This document shows, piece after piece, positions 39,601 through 50,500 of a DNA stretch of 64,000 nucleotides. The number at the start of each line of letters is the position of its first letter. Within the stretch, counting starts at the first letter, position 1. The stretch lies in contig JYFJ02001538.1 of assembly GCA_000934665.2 (NCBI GenBank), forward strand, positions 1 through 64,000. The letters run 5' to 3'. Position numbers and translations under genes: made by a program. Below the pieces are notes generated by a model. That model searched no databases, was not told the origin of the DNA, and saw nothing but the letters and a program-made list of their open reading frames with translations. This DNA is from Catajapyx aquilonaris (lineage: Eukaryota).

Positions 39601-42600
39601 CTCTGAGTGTGTAATCCATAAATCAATTGAAAGGCCCAGGGAATTGTGTCACTAATCAGGATAACAAGCGCGAGAAGGATTAAAGGCTATTGCAGTGTTC
39701 CCTGAGCCGTTCAATTATTTTCTTCACTTAGGAGGAGTCAAATGTTGAATATTATCTCCCATAATCCAATTCTATTTGCACTGACAGGGATATAGAAATT
39801 TTTTAGTCTTGTAATGTGACTTTGTAATCACTTTTTTTTTTTTTTTACAAAAAAGCAAGTGATCATAATGTTATATTTTTTTTACATGTTTTATTTGGGA
39901 TGGCAATGTGGGACGGATGCTAATTGTGGGTCTTTGTGCCCTCACGAATCTTTTATTGCAGCTCAACTGCAGATCGAGGAAATCAGCAGAAAACTTCGTA
40001 CTGGTGACTTAGGAATCTCTCCTAATCCAGAAGAAAGGTCTGGCAACCCAATTTAATGACAGAAAAAAAAAACAAAAAATCAGCAACATATATTTTTTTA
40101 CTTCCTTCAGTCTAATAATCTAGGAATCAGTACACACACAAAAAATAGCACGAATTATAATAGCAGGAGTTTTTCAGTTTCTGCAAGCTGATTGTATGGT
40201 TTTTTGGTGGGTAAGTTAAGGCTGTTTAACAAAATTACACATAATTATGGGTGAATTTGTTTTCAGCCTAAATAACTGTAAATATCAAACTTTTTTCCAC
40301 CCCCCCCTCTCGCCCCCTCTGTTTTCTGTCTTGCCTGTTTCAGTTTTTTAAATATCTTTTTTAATTTGAGAGTGTAAGTTTTATGTTGTCAGAGAGAACT
40401 ATATTTGTTCCTACATGAGACATCATTCTGAGGACATTATGGCAGTATGCTGTCAGTTGTCGCAAATTTTGTGTTGAAGTCAACTTCACGTTGAGCTGAC
40501 AAAATGATGTATAAGAAGAGTTTGGCTTGTATCAGCCGGTGTTTTTGAAAGACACTAATCATCACATGCAAATGGGTTTCAGAATGTCGAGTAAAACTGA
40601 TAATTGATAGCATATTGTAAATTAGCAAGTATAGAGTTGCATTAGTTTTACTTTTTTATGTAATGAATGTTACTAATTAGGTACATAATCTTCAGTTATG
40701 ACTACAATTTTTAAGGTTGTAGAAGCAGGAAAAACAAAAACTCCATCCTTGCCATTTTGATTTGGCAGTTAAAGGCAGGGAAAAAGGAATGTTATTGCTT
40801 TTCAGTGCTGTGTACGAATATTAATACTGAGTGCATGGGTTGAATGTAATGGATATTATCCAACTTTTTTTCCCCCTAAATCATTCCTCTCAAGCTCATT
40901 GATATTGTTTTGTGTGTGTGTATAATTTTTATCTTTTCTCAACTTTGGGGCTACATTAATTAGGAAGGGTTAGAAGTTCACATTTTCTAACCTAATATTT
41001 GCTACGATAATAATAATAATAATTGTCATCATGTCACCCAGCTTTTCGTTTCAGTATTGTGTGACATTATCAACGGCATTTTACAAAATTAATTTCACAA
41101 GAGATTTTGCTTCGTCAACTTACCAAATGGAAGTTTGTCTTTCAGGAAAGAAACAAAAGACAGACAGAAAGAAAAAAAAATGTTAGAGAAAATTTTTTGG
41201 ATGCATAATTTAATTTAATCATTTGATTATTTTATAATTTTTTCAATCCTGCCTTCACAGGGTTGCATGCAAGCAACTCTGATATGCAGTCTTGAAGCAT
41301 AACCTCCGAACGCTAATTTGTTTTTAGGAAGTAATTTCAACAAGCGGGGGATTACAATCGCCTGCTCTCTCGCAAAGCCCTACATGTTAACTACTTAATC
41401 AGTGACAATTGATCATAATCACTTTTTTTTTACACACCTTACTATAGCCCCTAAGTTTTCTCTCATGAACAGGAAGCTTTGCCCATTTATAACCTTTTAT
41501 ATCTGAGAAAACACACTTGAGCCATGTGTCAATGTACTGTTTTAACGAGCCTAGCCTGACCATTTGATGTTTGTCTCTCTTGTTAGCTAATGCGAGTCAA
41601 ACTTGCGAAATGGTCAGGTTAGGTAGAGGAGTTATTAAAGGAAAGCCATATTTTTTTTCTCTCCTTCCCAACCCTACCTGCCCTTTGGTTCCTCTCACTC
41701 CCCAAAAAAACAACAAAAAAAACATCCTACTGTGCAGGTCTCCGTCTCCTGAGCCGATCTACAGCAGCGATGGAAAGCGTCTGAACACAAGGGAATACAG
41801 GACCAGGAAGCGTCTAGAGGAGGATAGGCATCAGTTGATCCTGAGGATGAATCATCTCAATCCGGATTACAAGCCACCAGCAGATTACAAGTGAGTGGAA
41901 GTGTGGTGTTATCTACGAATGACACTACAGAATGTCAGCAAGGTAGAGCAAAAATAAAGTAGCCAAATGTTTGATCCTGCGAGTTTTTGAAGTAGGAGAA
42001 GTATGCTGAAAAGATGATCGCGATATTAGATATAGATGATTACACTGTGATGTTGAAGAATTGGCTTAGCAGTTTTCATTGCTGATAAACAGAGTGGTGG
42101 TTTTAAAAATGCATTTCTGTGTAGGCCTCCAGTGGTGCGTGTAAGTGACAAAGTGATGATACCCCAAGAGGAGCATCCAGACATCAACTTTGTGGGTCTG
42201 CTTATTGGCCCAAGAGGAAACACACTGAAAGCCATGGAGAGGGAGACCGGAGCAAAGATTATAATCAGAGGAAAGGGATCAGTCAAGGAAGGAAAGGTTG
42301 GGAGGAAGGATGGGCAGCCTTTGCCAGGAGAAGATGAGCCACTACATGCATATGTCACAGCTAACAATCCAGAAAGTGTTAAGAGAGCTGTTGAACGGGT
42401 GAGTCGAGTATTTTATGTACAGGGCAGTTGACACAGAAAAAATTAACTGCTGTTTTTAACGCCACATTTTTCATTTCGATCTCAGATAAAAGAGATTATC
42501 CGCCAAGGGGTGGAGGTTCCAGAGGGCCAAAATGACCTTCGCCGCATGCAGCTGCGTGAGTTAGCCCTACTGAATGGCACCCTCCGTGAGAATGACGGTC

Positions 42601-43068
42601 CGAGGTGCTCCAATTGTGGGGCTGCCAATCACAAGTCCTGGCAGTGCCCAGACAAACCCAATGTCACCAACAATGTGCTCTGCACTAACTGCGGGGCAGC
42701 CGGCCATATTGCTAGGGATTGCAGGCAAAAGAGGCCTGGGCAAGGTGGCCCTGGGCAGGGATCACCTGGTGGAGGTGAGTACATAACATGCTAAGCTGTA
42801 GGTTATTGCTCGACTGAATCGTGTGTAAATATGATTTTCTAATACCTTTGTAGGCAGTGGTAATGGTGGTGGCACTTCAGCTATGGGTGGTGCTGAACGT
42901 AATCGTATCGATGAGGAGTATATGTCGCTGATGGCTGAACTAGGGGAAGGACCTCCACCCCCCAAAGATGACAACCGGGGAGGGTTCCACCGCAGGGGAG
43001 TAAGCCTGTTTGATCGCCAGGGACCCCCACGTGCACTGATGGCTCCGCCGCCGCCGCCACCCTCTGTC

Positions 43069-43136
<68 letters not shown>

Positions 43137-45313
43137 GCAGCAGCCTCGAATGTCAATGCAGCAGATGGGCATGCAGATGGGGATGCCAATGCCTATGGGG
43201 ATGGGTATGACCATGCAAGGTCAGGCCCCACCGAGCCTCATGTCCCAGCCAGTCCCGCCTCCATGGAACAACCCACTTCCACCAGGACAGACCGGACCCA
43301 GCAAAGGGATGCTCACGTCACCCCCACCGCCTGGATTGCAACCTCCCTTGCCGCCGCCACCTCCCCCTCCACCACCGGGACAGCAACAGCAGCAGCAAGG
43401 GGTTGTTATGCCTCCGTGGCAGCAACAGATGGCACAGCAGCAGCAGCAACAACAACAGCAGCAGGGGCAACAGCAGCAGTACGGATCACCTGTACCGCAT
43501 CCAGGAATGATGCAGGTATGCATTCGAGTTCAATCATGCTTTAACATTTTTGGTGCTTTTATCACCTTATTTTTTGTGTGTTTGGTCATTACGAGGTGCT
43601 ATAGTTTGCGAACTGATTTTTATCTGACAAATTAGCTTACCGGACATCTTCTTTTCCTTTATCACCTTCGAAGTAGTCCTCTTTGGAACATAGATACCAA
43701 TCTGAGTGCTCTTCCAACGATTGGAATGCTTCGTGGAAGTCATTTTATGTTAGGGCTCTCAGCACCGTCTGCGATTCTTCATGGGCCTGGTTTACAAAGT
43801 CAAATCTTCTTCCTTTCAGATTAATTTTAATTTTCGGGAAGCGTAAGAAGTCGCAGGGAGCTAAATCGGGTGAAAAAAAGCGGGTGAGGGACAATTATCA
43901 TGTTGTAGGACTCCAAAAACTGCTGTGCGGCAAACACTGTGTGAGCGCATGCGTTGTCATGATGTTGTTCTCGTGTCATTTCGCGAGGCGTTTCTTTCGA
44001 ATGCCCTCCCGCACTCGCTTTTTTCGCCAGATTGCGCTCCCTGTGACTTCTTCCTCTTACCTACAATGAACATTAAGCTGAAAGAAAGAAGAATTGAGAA
44101 TAATTTCACAAACTTTCTCTGGGATTGTGCTTGTCAAAGGGTGTCCGTAACGATGGATATCTTCAATATTGAAATGAGGCCATCTTTGAACCGATTATAG
44201 CATTTGTATGTCCCTGAAGCATTGTCACAAAATACATTTTGTGAGTTTGCAGCACTCTTGTCAAGTTTGAAAGAAAATTTAAGCTGTTCTTTCAGGTCAT
44301 CCACTTTCACCTCCAATAGAATCCCAGAACGCACCAAAAACACGACACTACAAATCCCTCAAACTGATCAATTCAACCTCACACCTTGCCACTTGGCAGA
44401 GAGGTTCATAAAGGTCACTTTCAGTACTACCTAGAGTGGTAACGACAAATTATATGCGGTTCTCAAAAGTATTGGCACCAGCTCGTGGACTTTTGTGTGG
44501 CACCTCATATGATGGAAGGAGACTCCTCTTCCAAACCGTAACCTTTCCCTCCTCCTGCACTTTCCTCTCCAATGCTACACCAGACATCATTCCTCACATG
44601 CACAGTAATTGCCATTTTCTTTTTATTATACAGTATTTATTTACGTATAGTATTTTATTGTTTTCATGTTTTAATTTTTCATTTAGGGTATTTAATTGTG
44701 TAATGTTTATCTTAAATTATGTGTCTTTGCTGTTTAAGTTTATCGAAATGTGTATTAGGATCTGGGAACAGATTAATTCAATTTCCATTTTTTCATATGG
44801 GTAAAACTGATTTGGACTTCGAACAATTCAGAGTTTGAATGACTTCCTGGAACGAAATAAGTTCGAAGTATGAGGCACCACTGTACTCACAAGTTTCTTA
44901 CACTTCTGCAGGGATGGCAGCACGCCTCTCCAGTGCCACCTCCCCAAATGGCTCACTGGCAGCAGCAAATGGGTGGTGGCCATCCTCCGCCACCGCCGCC
45001 ACCTCCTCCACCTCATTCAATGGCTGGCGGATCGGGAGGAGCTCCTCCGCCTCCAGGGCCAGTACCCCCACCACCCCCACCAGGGTCGCGCCCTCCGCCA
45101 CCCCCTCCGCCAGGTATGTATGGCTGGGGCCAGGCTTACATGGGTGTGCCGCCACCTGTGGCACCCCCGCCTCCGCCGCCGCCGCCTCCACCACCGCCAC
45201 CGCCGCCACCACCAGGCCAGCAAGGCGGCAGTGTTGATCTAAGCATGCTGGCACAGGCTGGGCTGCCCAGCTTACTCGTGGCACCACCTCCGCCGCCTCC
45301 AAGTGAGGGTTGA
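36628..45313 (+). CDS. SF1: Splicing factor 1 / branchpoint-binding protein (ULM, SPSP, KH-QUA2, two zinc knuckles, Pro/Gln-rich tail), ~724 aa
   Basis: Exons 36628-36796, 39004-39153, 39962-40037, 41738-41890, 42125-42398, 42486-42774, 42854-43515, 44912-45313 (2175 nt). MATTGANSTPLG start, KKRKSRW U2AF-ligand motif, RSPSPEPIY, KH INFVGLLIGPRGNTLK, QUA2 EGQNDLRRMQLRELALLNGTLRE, CCHC knuckles CSNCGAANHKSWQC and CTNCGAAGHIARDC. Confidence 0.97.
36846..38580. mobile_element. pogo/Tigger-like MITE split by the 1.3-kb foldback
   Basis: Left end TA|CAGTTGAATCTGGATATAACAGA at 36846. The right portion 38434-38580 is homologous to the 6910-7053 copy; the right TIR is degenerate. Confidence 0.55.
37121..38431. 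mobile_element. 1.3-kb TA-flanked foldback element (Tc1/mariner-type TIR) in SF1 intron 1
   Basis: TA|CAGTGCTGAACACGTTAGCCGTCTC...GAGATGGCTAATGTGTCCAGCACTG|TA. Arms pair from the ends to ~37790/~37930, with a ~160-bp bulge at 37270-37428. Mirror ORFs both contain MMLEASH.G.MFPAGLKERF.STAH.IPSGIGEGWT. Confidence 0.92.
43069..43143 (+). repeat. Coding (CAG/CAA)25 polyglutamine tract in SF1
   Basis: 25 consecutive Gln codons in exon 7; shorter Q runs follow at 43381-43479. Confidence 0.95.
43592..44507 (-). mobile_element. Decayed mariner element, antisense in SF1 intron 7
   Basis: TA-flanked TIRs (TA|CGAGGTGC..GTTTGCGAACTG at 43592; CAGCTCGTGGACTTT...GCACCTCA|TA ending 44507). Minus-strand remnants: N-terminal KEQLKFSFKLDKSAA..YNRFKDG..IEDIHRYGHP (~44300-44138), HHDNACAH (43964), PHPLF-SPDLAPCDF..PKIK..LKGRRF, EDYFEGD (~43660). 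Stops and frameshifts are present. Confidence 0.88.
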
Positions 45314-46363
45314 ATTTTTTAAATTAGTGAGGTGTAACTCTGATGGAAATGTATTGAGATAGTGAAGCCGCACAATGGCAAAATTTGCTGTCACATTATT
45401 TCTTGTTCAGGTGTTCCAGTATATTGGAAAATATTGAAACTTTTTTTCTCCCCTCTTTCAAAGGTGGTGTATACAAATATTCAGAGCAGGTGACTGATGG
45501 CCTTTGAGGCTGAATTCCAAGTTACTTGTACAATCAAACAAGGATGCAAAGAAAATGTGATGAACTCATGTGTGTAAAAGCTTTAATGGCGTCACTGTTT
45601 TTTGTTTTTTTTCTTTCCTTCTTTGACCTGGAGTAATGCTTTCGAGGCTTTCATTCATCTTTCAGCTACCAAAATGAGGTTAAACTTACAAAGTTGTTAT
45701 TTTGCGGTACTTGTATGACTTTTTTGAGATTTTTTCTGTGTTGTGCATAAGACAATGTCTTCCTGGCATTAATGGCAACTACTTCTGTGTAATGATTTTA
45801 AACCGTGCGATTATGTTTTGATGCCATGATCCAAATGGTAATACAAAAAACGGTTTTTGTAACCTGCTAATTAGGTGTATGTTTAGTGGAACACCTACAT
45901 GGGAGCGATTCGCTTCTGTTTGCTTGACTATTATTTCGTGATCAGAGAACCTGAAGCTCAGAATTATTGCAAGTCAGCCATATTGTAACAGAAGGATACA
46001 ATGTACGAGATAATGCATTTTGTAGCTGAAGTACGATGCTTTTAAAGGAACATTGTGTATGGTTCGTACTGTGATGAAAGTCCCCGACTGGACAGTGCAA
46101 AAAAAAGCAACTGTGTATTACCAAGTTAGTATGGGAAGGGTTAAAGGTGTTGATTTAAAACTTTAGGGTGTCCTTCCCCACTTTTTTGTTGTTGCAAAGT
46201 ACAAAATGTGACATAACGTTGCAAGGATGTGCGTATTTGAATGGCAGGCTTTCATTTGCCTGAAGTCTGTAAGGGAATGGTGTTATGCAAGCACAATATT
46301 AATCGATGCAGTGAGTGTCAGTTTTGATGGGGGAAGTTTGTTATTTAGCAAGTACATTTAGAC

Positions 46364-46443
46364 CAGTTGTTCCCAACCTTAAATGGGGTGTGACCATTGT
46401 GTAAAAAAAAAAAAAAAAAAAAAAAACCTGTTGGGAACCACTG
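46364..46443. mobile_element. 80-bp hAT-like MITE remnant in the SF1 3' region
   Basis: CAGTTGTTCCCAAC...GTTGGGAACCACTG termini (hAT-Charlie-like) around a poly-A run. The 8-bp TSD is not preserved. Confidence 0.55.
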
Positions 46444-46580
46444 AAATAGCGGAATATTTGCTTCTATTGTGGTAAATCCAGTCATACTGCTAGATCTTAT
46501 GTAGTTATTACAATTTTTCTTTGACTGTCTCCATCTCTTGAGTTTTATGTAGTTTGGGTCTTGAAAAAAAGGTGAGCAGA

Positions 46581-46636
46581 AATAAATGAAACCATACGCA
46601 AAACTTGGACTTTTTTCAACTACGTATAATAATAAA
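46581..46636 (+). terminator. Candidate SF1 polyadenylation signals (AATAAA at 46581 and 46631)
   Basis: Two AATAAA hexamers followed by a T-rich tract, ~1.3 kb downstream of the SF1 stop. Confidence 0.45.
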
Positions 46637-47598
46637 AGAACAAACCTTGTTTTTTTTTTTACAGACCACAGATGTTACCCCATAGTTACGTTAGCCCATG
46701 TTTTGTGCAATTAAGGCTGCCGTAGAGTAATGCACTGAAATCGTTTCGGAGGCTAAATAGGTATGGAGTAACTCGTGTGTCAAAATTTATGAATTCTACA
46801 ATAATATGGTCTTTTTTTGTGCAGCTTGTATTGCAGGTAAAAAAAATCTGCATGAAGTTAGTCCCACAGGAGTATCTTAACAGGTTGACTCTGCAGTGCC
46901 ACTGGTCTTGTACTATTTACATCATGGGACACAGTACTGCTTTTGGAGAGGTAGGTATTAAGTTAAGGATTATACGCTGCATGATTAGTCAGTTTGCATG
47001 TTGTAGAAACCACTGTCAGTTAATTTCTCTCGTTAATATTTCTATGCATTACGTCTGGCATGTGACGATTCATGTTAGAGGAAAGTCCAATCATATGATT
47101 ACAATTTAGGTTAGCAATAAGTTTGATGGTGGAACATGATTGCTTAAAAAAAATTTTAATGCAATTTAGAACCTCTGGCAATTTCAATTGTATTTGAGTG
47201 ACTGGGAAAGTGTTTTGTGATGTTGGTTTTTGATCATCTTGTGATTTGCTGATGTGAAGATGCAAGGATCTTGGGTTACGTTTTGCATGAATAGGGGAAT
47301 CAGTGATGGAAAAATAAGACTGCAGGACAGTAGTTGAACACTTCAAGTTTGGCATAGTATCAGTCGTCTTCAGGGTGCAAAATCTCCATTGTGGTGGTCA
47401 GATGCATCGGTGGGTTAGCACTTTAAGTACATATTTGCAACAAAATCCTTCCTCGCCCACCGTGAGTATTATTTTCTTGCATTTGTTTTAAGTAGCCGGA
47501 AGCTACGGAGTCCCTCAAAAATTACACTGCCGGAGGAGGAGTTTGCGACCTATGCTAAATCAGTCGGAAATAAATTACAGTACACACGATCCGCTTAG

Positions 47599-50500
47599 TT
47601 ACACTTCTGTCCCTCCGTCACTTAGTCGACTCCTGGCTGTTATTTGTTCACCGTTCTTAACCCACGACATTGCATTGAGTGGCATTGCTGCCCCGGTTGT
47701 GTCCTCACACTTTCCGACCCTCCTGTCACGACATCTGGCAATCCCTTCCTCATCCAATTTGCGCTTCTTTTCCATCCCATTCTGTCTCCGCACAGCACAC
47801 ACTATCCCCAATCCGATAGCTACTACCGGAAGCATTCCAACCCACATGTAGTGAACCTTGGATTCACTCCTAGGAATTTCTTCTGATTGGAGGATGACCG
47901 ACTTCATGTTTGTGCCCTCTCGAGTTTGGTTGCTGCCGTTCAAGGTGGAACGAGTCAGGCGGACGGGGCGGCTCGAGTCCCATGTTTGGCGAGAACGAGA
48001 TGAGCCAATGGTGTACAGCACCTGCAGGGAAACGTGAAGTTATGGTTTTGTCACTCTTGTTTTTTTAAAGACGTCATGTATGCAGCTAGGAAGGGATTGA
48101 ATGTTGTACAAGAGCAATGCAACATAGCTTACTTGAAGAAACCAAGGGTCTCCAGATCCAGCAGCATAAAGGGCGTCCACATTCAAAACAAATCCATCCA
48201 CACCAGAGTAGTCTTGCAATTTCACGAGGTCACCCACATCCTCTGCAAAATATGCCTCGAAGGGTACCTCATTGTACGATTTATCCACCACGTACGGCTG
48301 ATCTCGATCCTGCAATCGCATCAAATGCAATGATTCTGTTCGTTTTAAGAACTTTACTATCTAATCAGTAATAATTAACTTACTAGCAGGAGGAATCTGT
48401 GCTTGAGCCTGGTTGAGCTCTCCATGCAGCCATATTGCGGTCCTTCCCCATACTGATCCCCTGTTGGATCGTACGTTGGCACGTGCCCGTCTCTCCCTGT
48501 GCAGGCGTACAAGCGGAGTATTCGTAGTTGGTAGGCTGTGTCCAGGTCTTGTGATGGGTGCCAAAGAACTTTTCCGAAGATGCGTTCTCCACGGCCAAAG
48601 TGGGAGTTGCTGGGTGCCATGTCGGAGCCGTGGTTGACGGATGCCTTGGTAGGTAGGAGGATATCAGTTAGGGTTTCAAGATGATGTAAACTTAATTGAC
48701 ATACATTTTGTGACTCGTTGCCTTCTTTTGGGTCGGCCAGGAAATAGTCTTTGTCACCAGTCACTTGGAAGTCGGTGTTGAGCGAGTAGGCCAGTGGTAC
48801 TGGACGGCTGGCATGCCTGAATGAAATGGTTAGTGGGAAGGCCACTGGTGGTCCTGGGTCGCATTTGCTGGGGTCAAGCTGCGAGACCATACAGGGCACC
48901 AGGTAAAGCGTATAATCGCCCGAGTAGTCTCGGAGTGCCAAGTCGCTTGTTGACCTCCACGCTTGCTGGGTGCCATCCCATGTGGTACGAGACCACAGAA
49001 GCTTCAGATCCATTTGCACATTTAAAATAGAGGGTGCCTTTAGTACAGAGCGGTATTCGGTTGATGTGGAGTGGGACAAGATGTACTGCCCACGGAACAA
49101 AGCAGTCGTGCGTAAGTCAACCACCAGATGTCCAGCCGAATCGGATGAGACCCGGGTTACCTGTACTCGACCACTCTCTTGATGAGGATGGGATTCCTTG
49201 TTAACGCCATGGTTCCACAGCAGGGTGGGGTAGTAGAAGGAGACCTCCAATTCAGTGTGGTGCTCAACTGCGGTCCAAGTTGAAGGGGATCCGGCAGTAA
49301 TGTAGGACACATGTAGGGGTATCCGGAGGGTGAGATGGTTGACACCTTGGCTGGACAGCTGGAAGAGAGAAGCCGTAACATGTTCGTATGAAGATTTTTT
49401 CCCCGTAATAATCAAGTGTCAATTTTGATACGAATGGTCTTACCTGAAAGTCAGATGTGACCTGCCCTTCACACAGGTCGACTAGTTCGCTCATAGTGTA
49501 CCAAGCACTGAACGACCATTTGCACGACTCCAGATCCAAGTGCCTGTAAAACTTAACAGTCTCATTGCTTCCAGTGGCATCACTATCATACAAGAACTCT
49601 GCGTCTGATGGCATGTCTGGAACTTCCTCCAGGAATCCCCTGCCAAAATGCAGGTTGGAGCACACATGCTGTGCTCGATGAGCCATTTCCGTTAGCAGAA
49701 GCTTGGGGTCGTGCAGTGGACGTGTCGATATGAGTGGCAGCATTCCATCCCTGTAAGTATGTCGGACATCACAGCTTGCAATTTTGAAATATAACTAGAC
49801 TGACGTTACCTATGTGGTGCTGTGACTAGTATCCGCACTGTGTTAGGATGCTCGTCACTATCGGTGTCCACGTATTTCAACTCGGCTTGAAATGATCCCT
49901 CTCCTCCTGGGCACGATCCGCTTGGACCAACAGTGATGGGCGAACTGTACAGACGGATTCCCACATGGTTTCCAGTCCCGGCTGGCTCAGTCACACACCG
50001 GATGCTGAATTTGGGTCCGAAATAAGCTGGATCCAGCATCTCACTCCGGGATCCAGCCACAAACAGGGAGCTCGTTATGGGCCTGAACTGTGACTTTCCA
50101 TGCGTGGAGCCCTCGGCTACCTCCCAGAAGTAGTTAACTGATGTCGAATCAATTCCAGAGAGCCGGCATAGTCGTCCGGTTTTGTTGTAATATGGGAACT
50201 GGGTGTCACAAGAGTTGATGCACATCAAGGGATGGCCGGGAATTGGTTCACCAGCAGGAGACGTCACCACGGGTGGGGCCGGTAGGATCAGGGTAGGTGC
50301 AGTTGTAGGTGCATCGTGTGAATCGTCAATGATCACTAGGATGGACTTGCGTCCTAGCATTGCGCCATGTCCTACGCTTCCCACAGCATCCAGGAGATTG
50401 ACGGACAGTTGTTCAGGGCCTTCAGAGGCATCGTCGTTGATCAGAGGAACCTCACAGTTGATCCTCTCCACTCCAGGTGTGAATGTGATTCGGGATGATT

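Noticed and set aside
42762..43544. Poly-Cys/Leu/Ala ORFs on the minus strand and in alternative frames
   Set aside because: Shadows of the SF1 CAG/CCN-rich exon.
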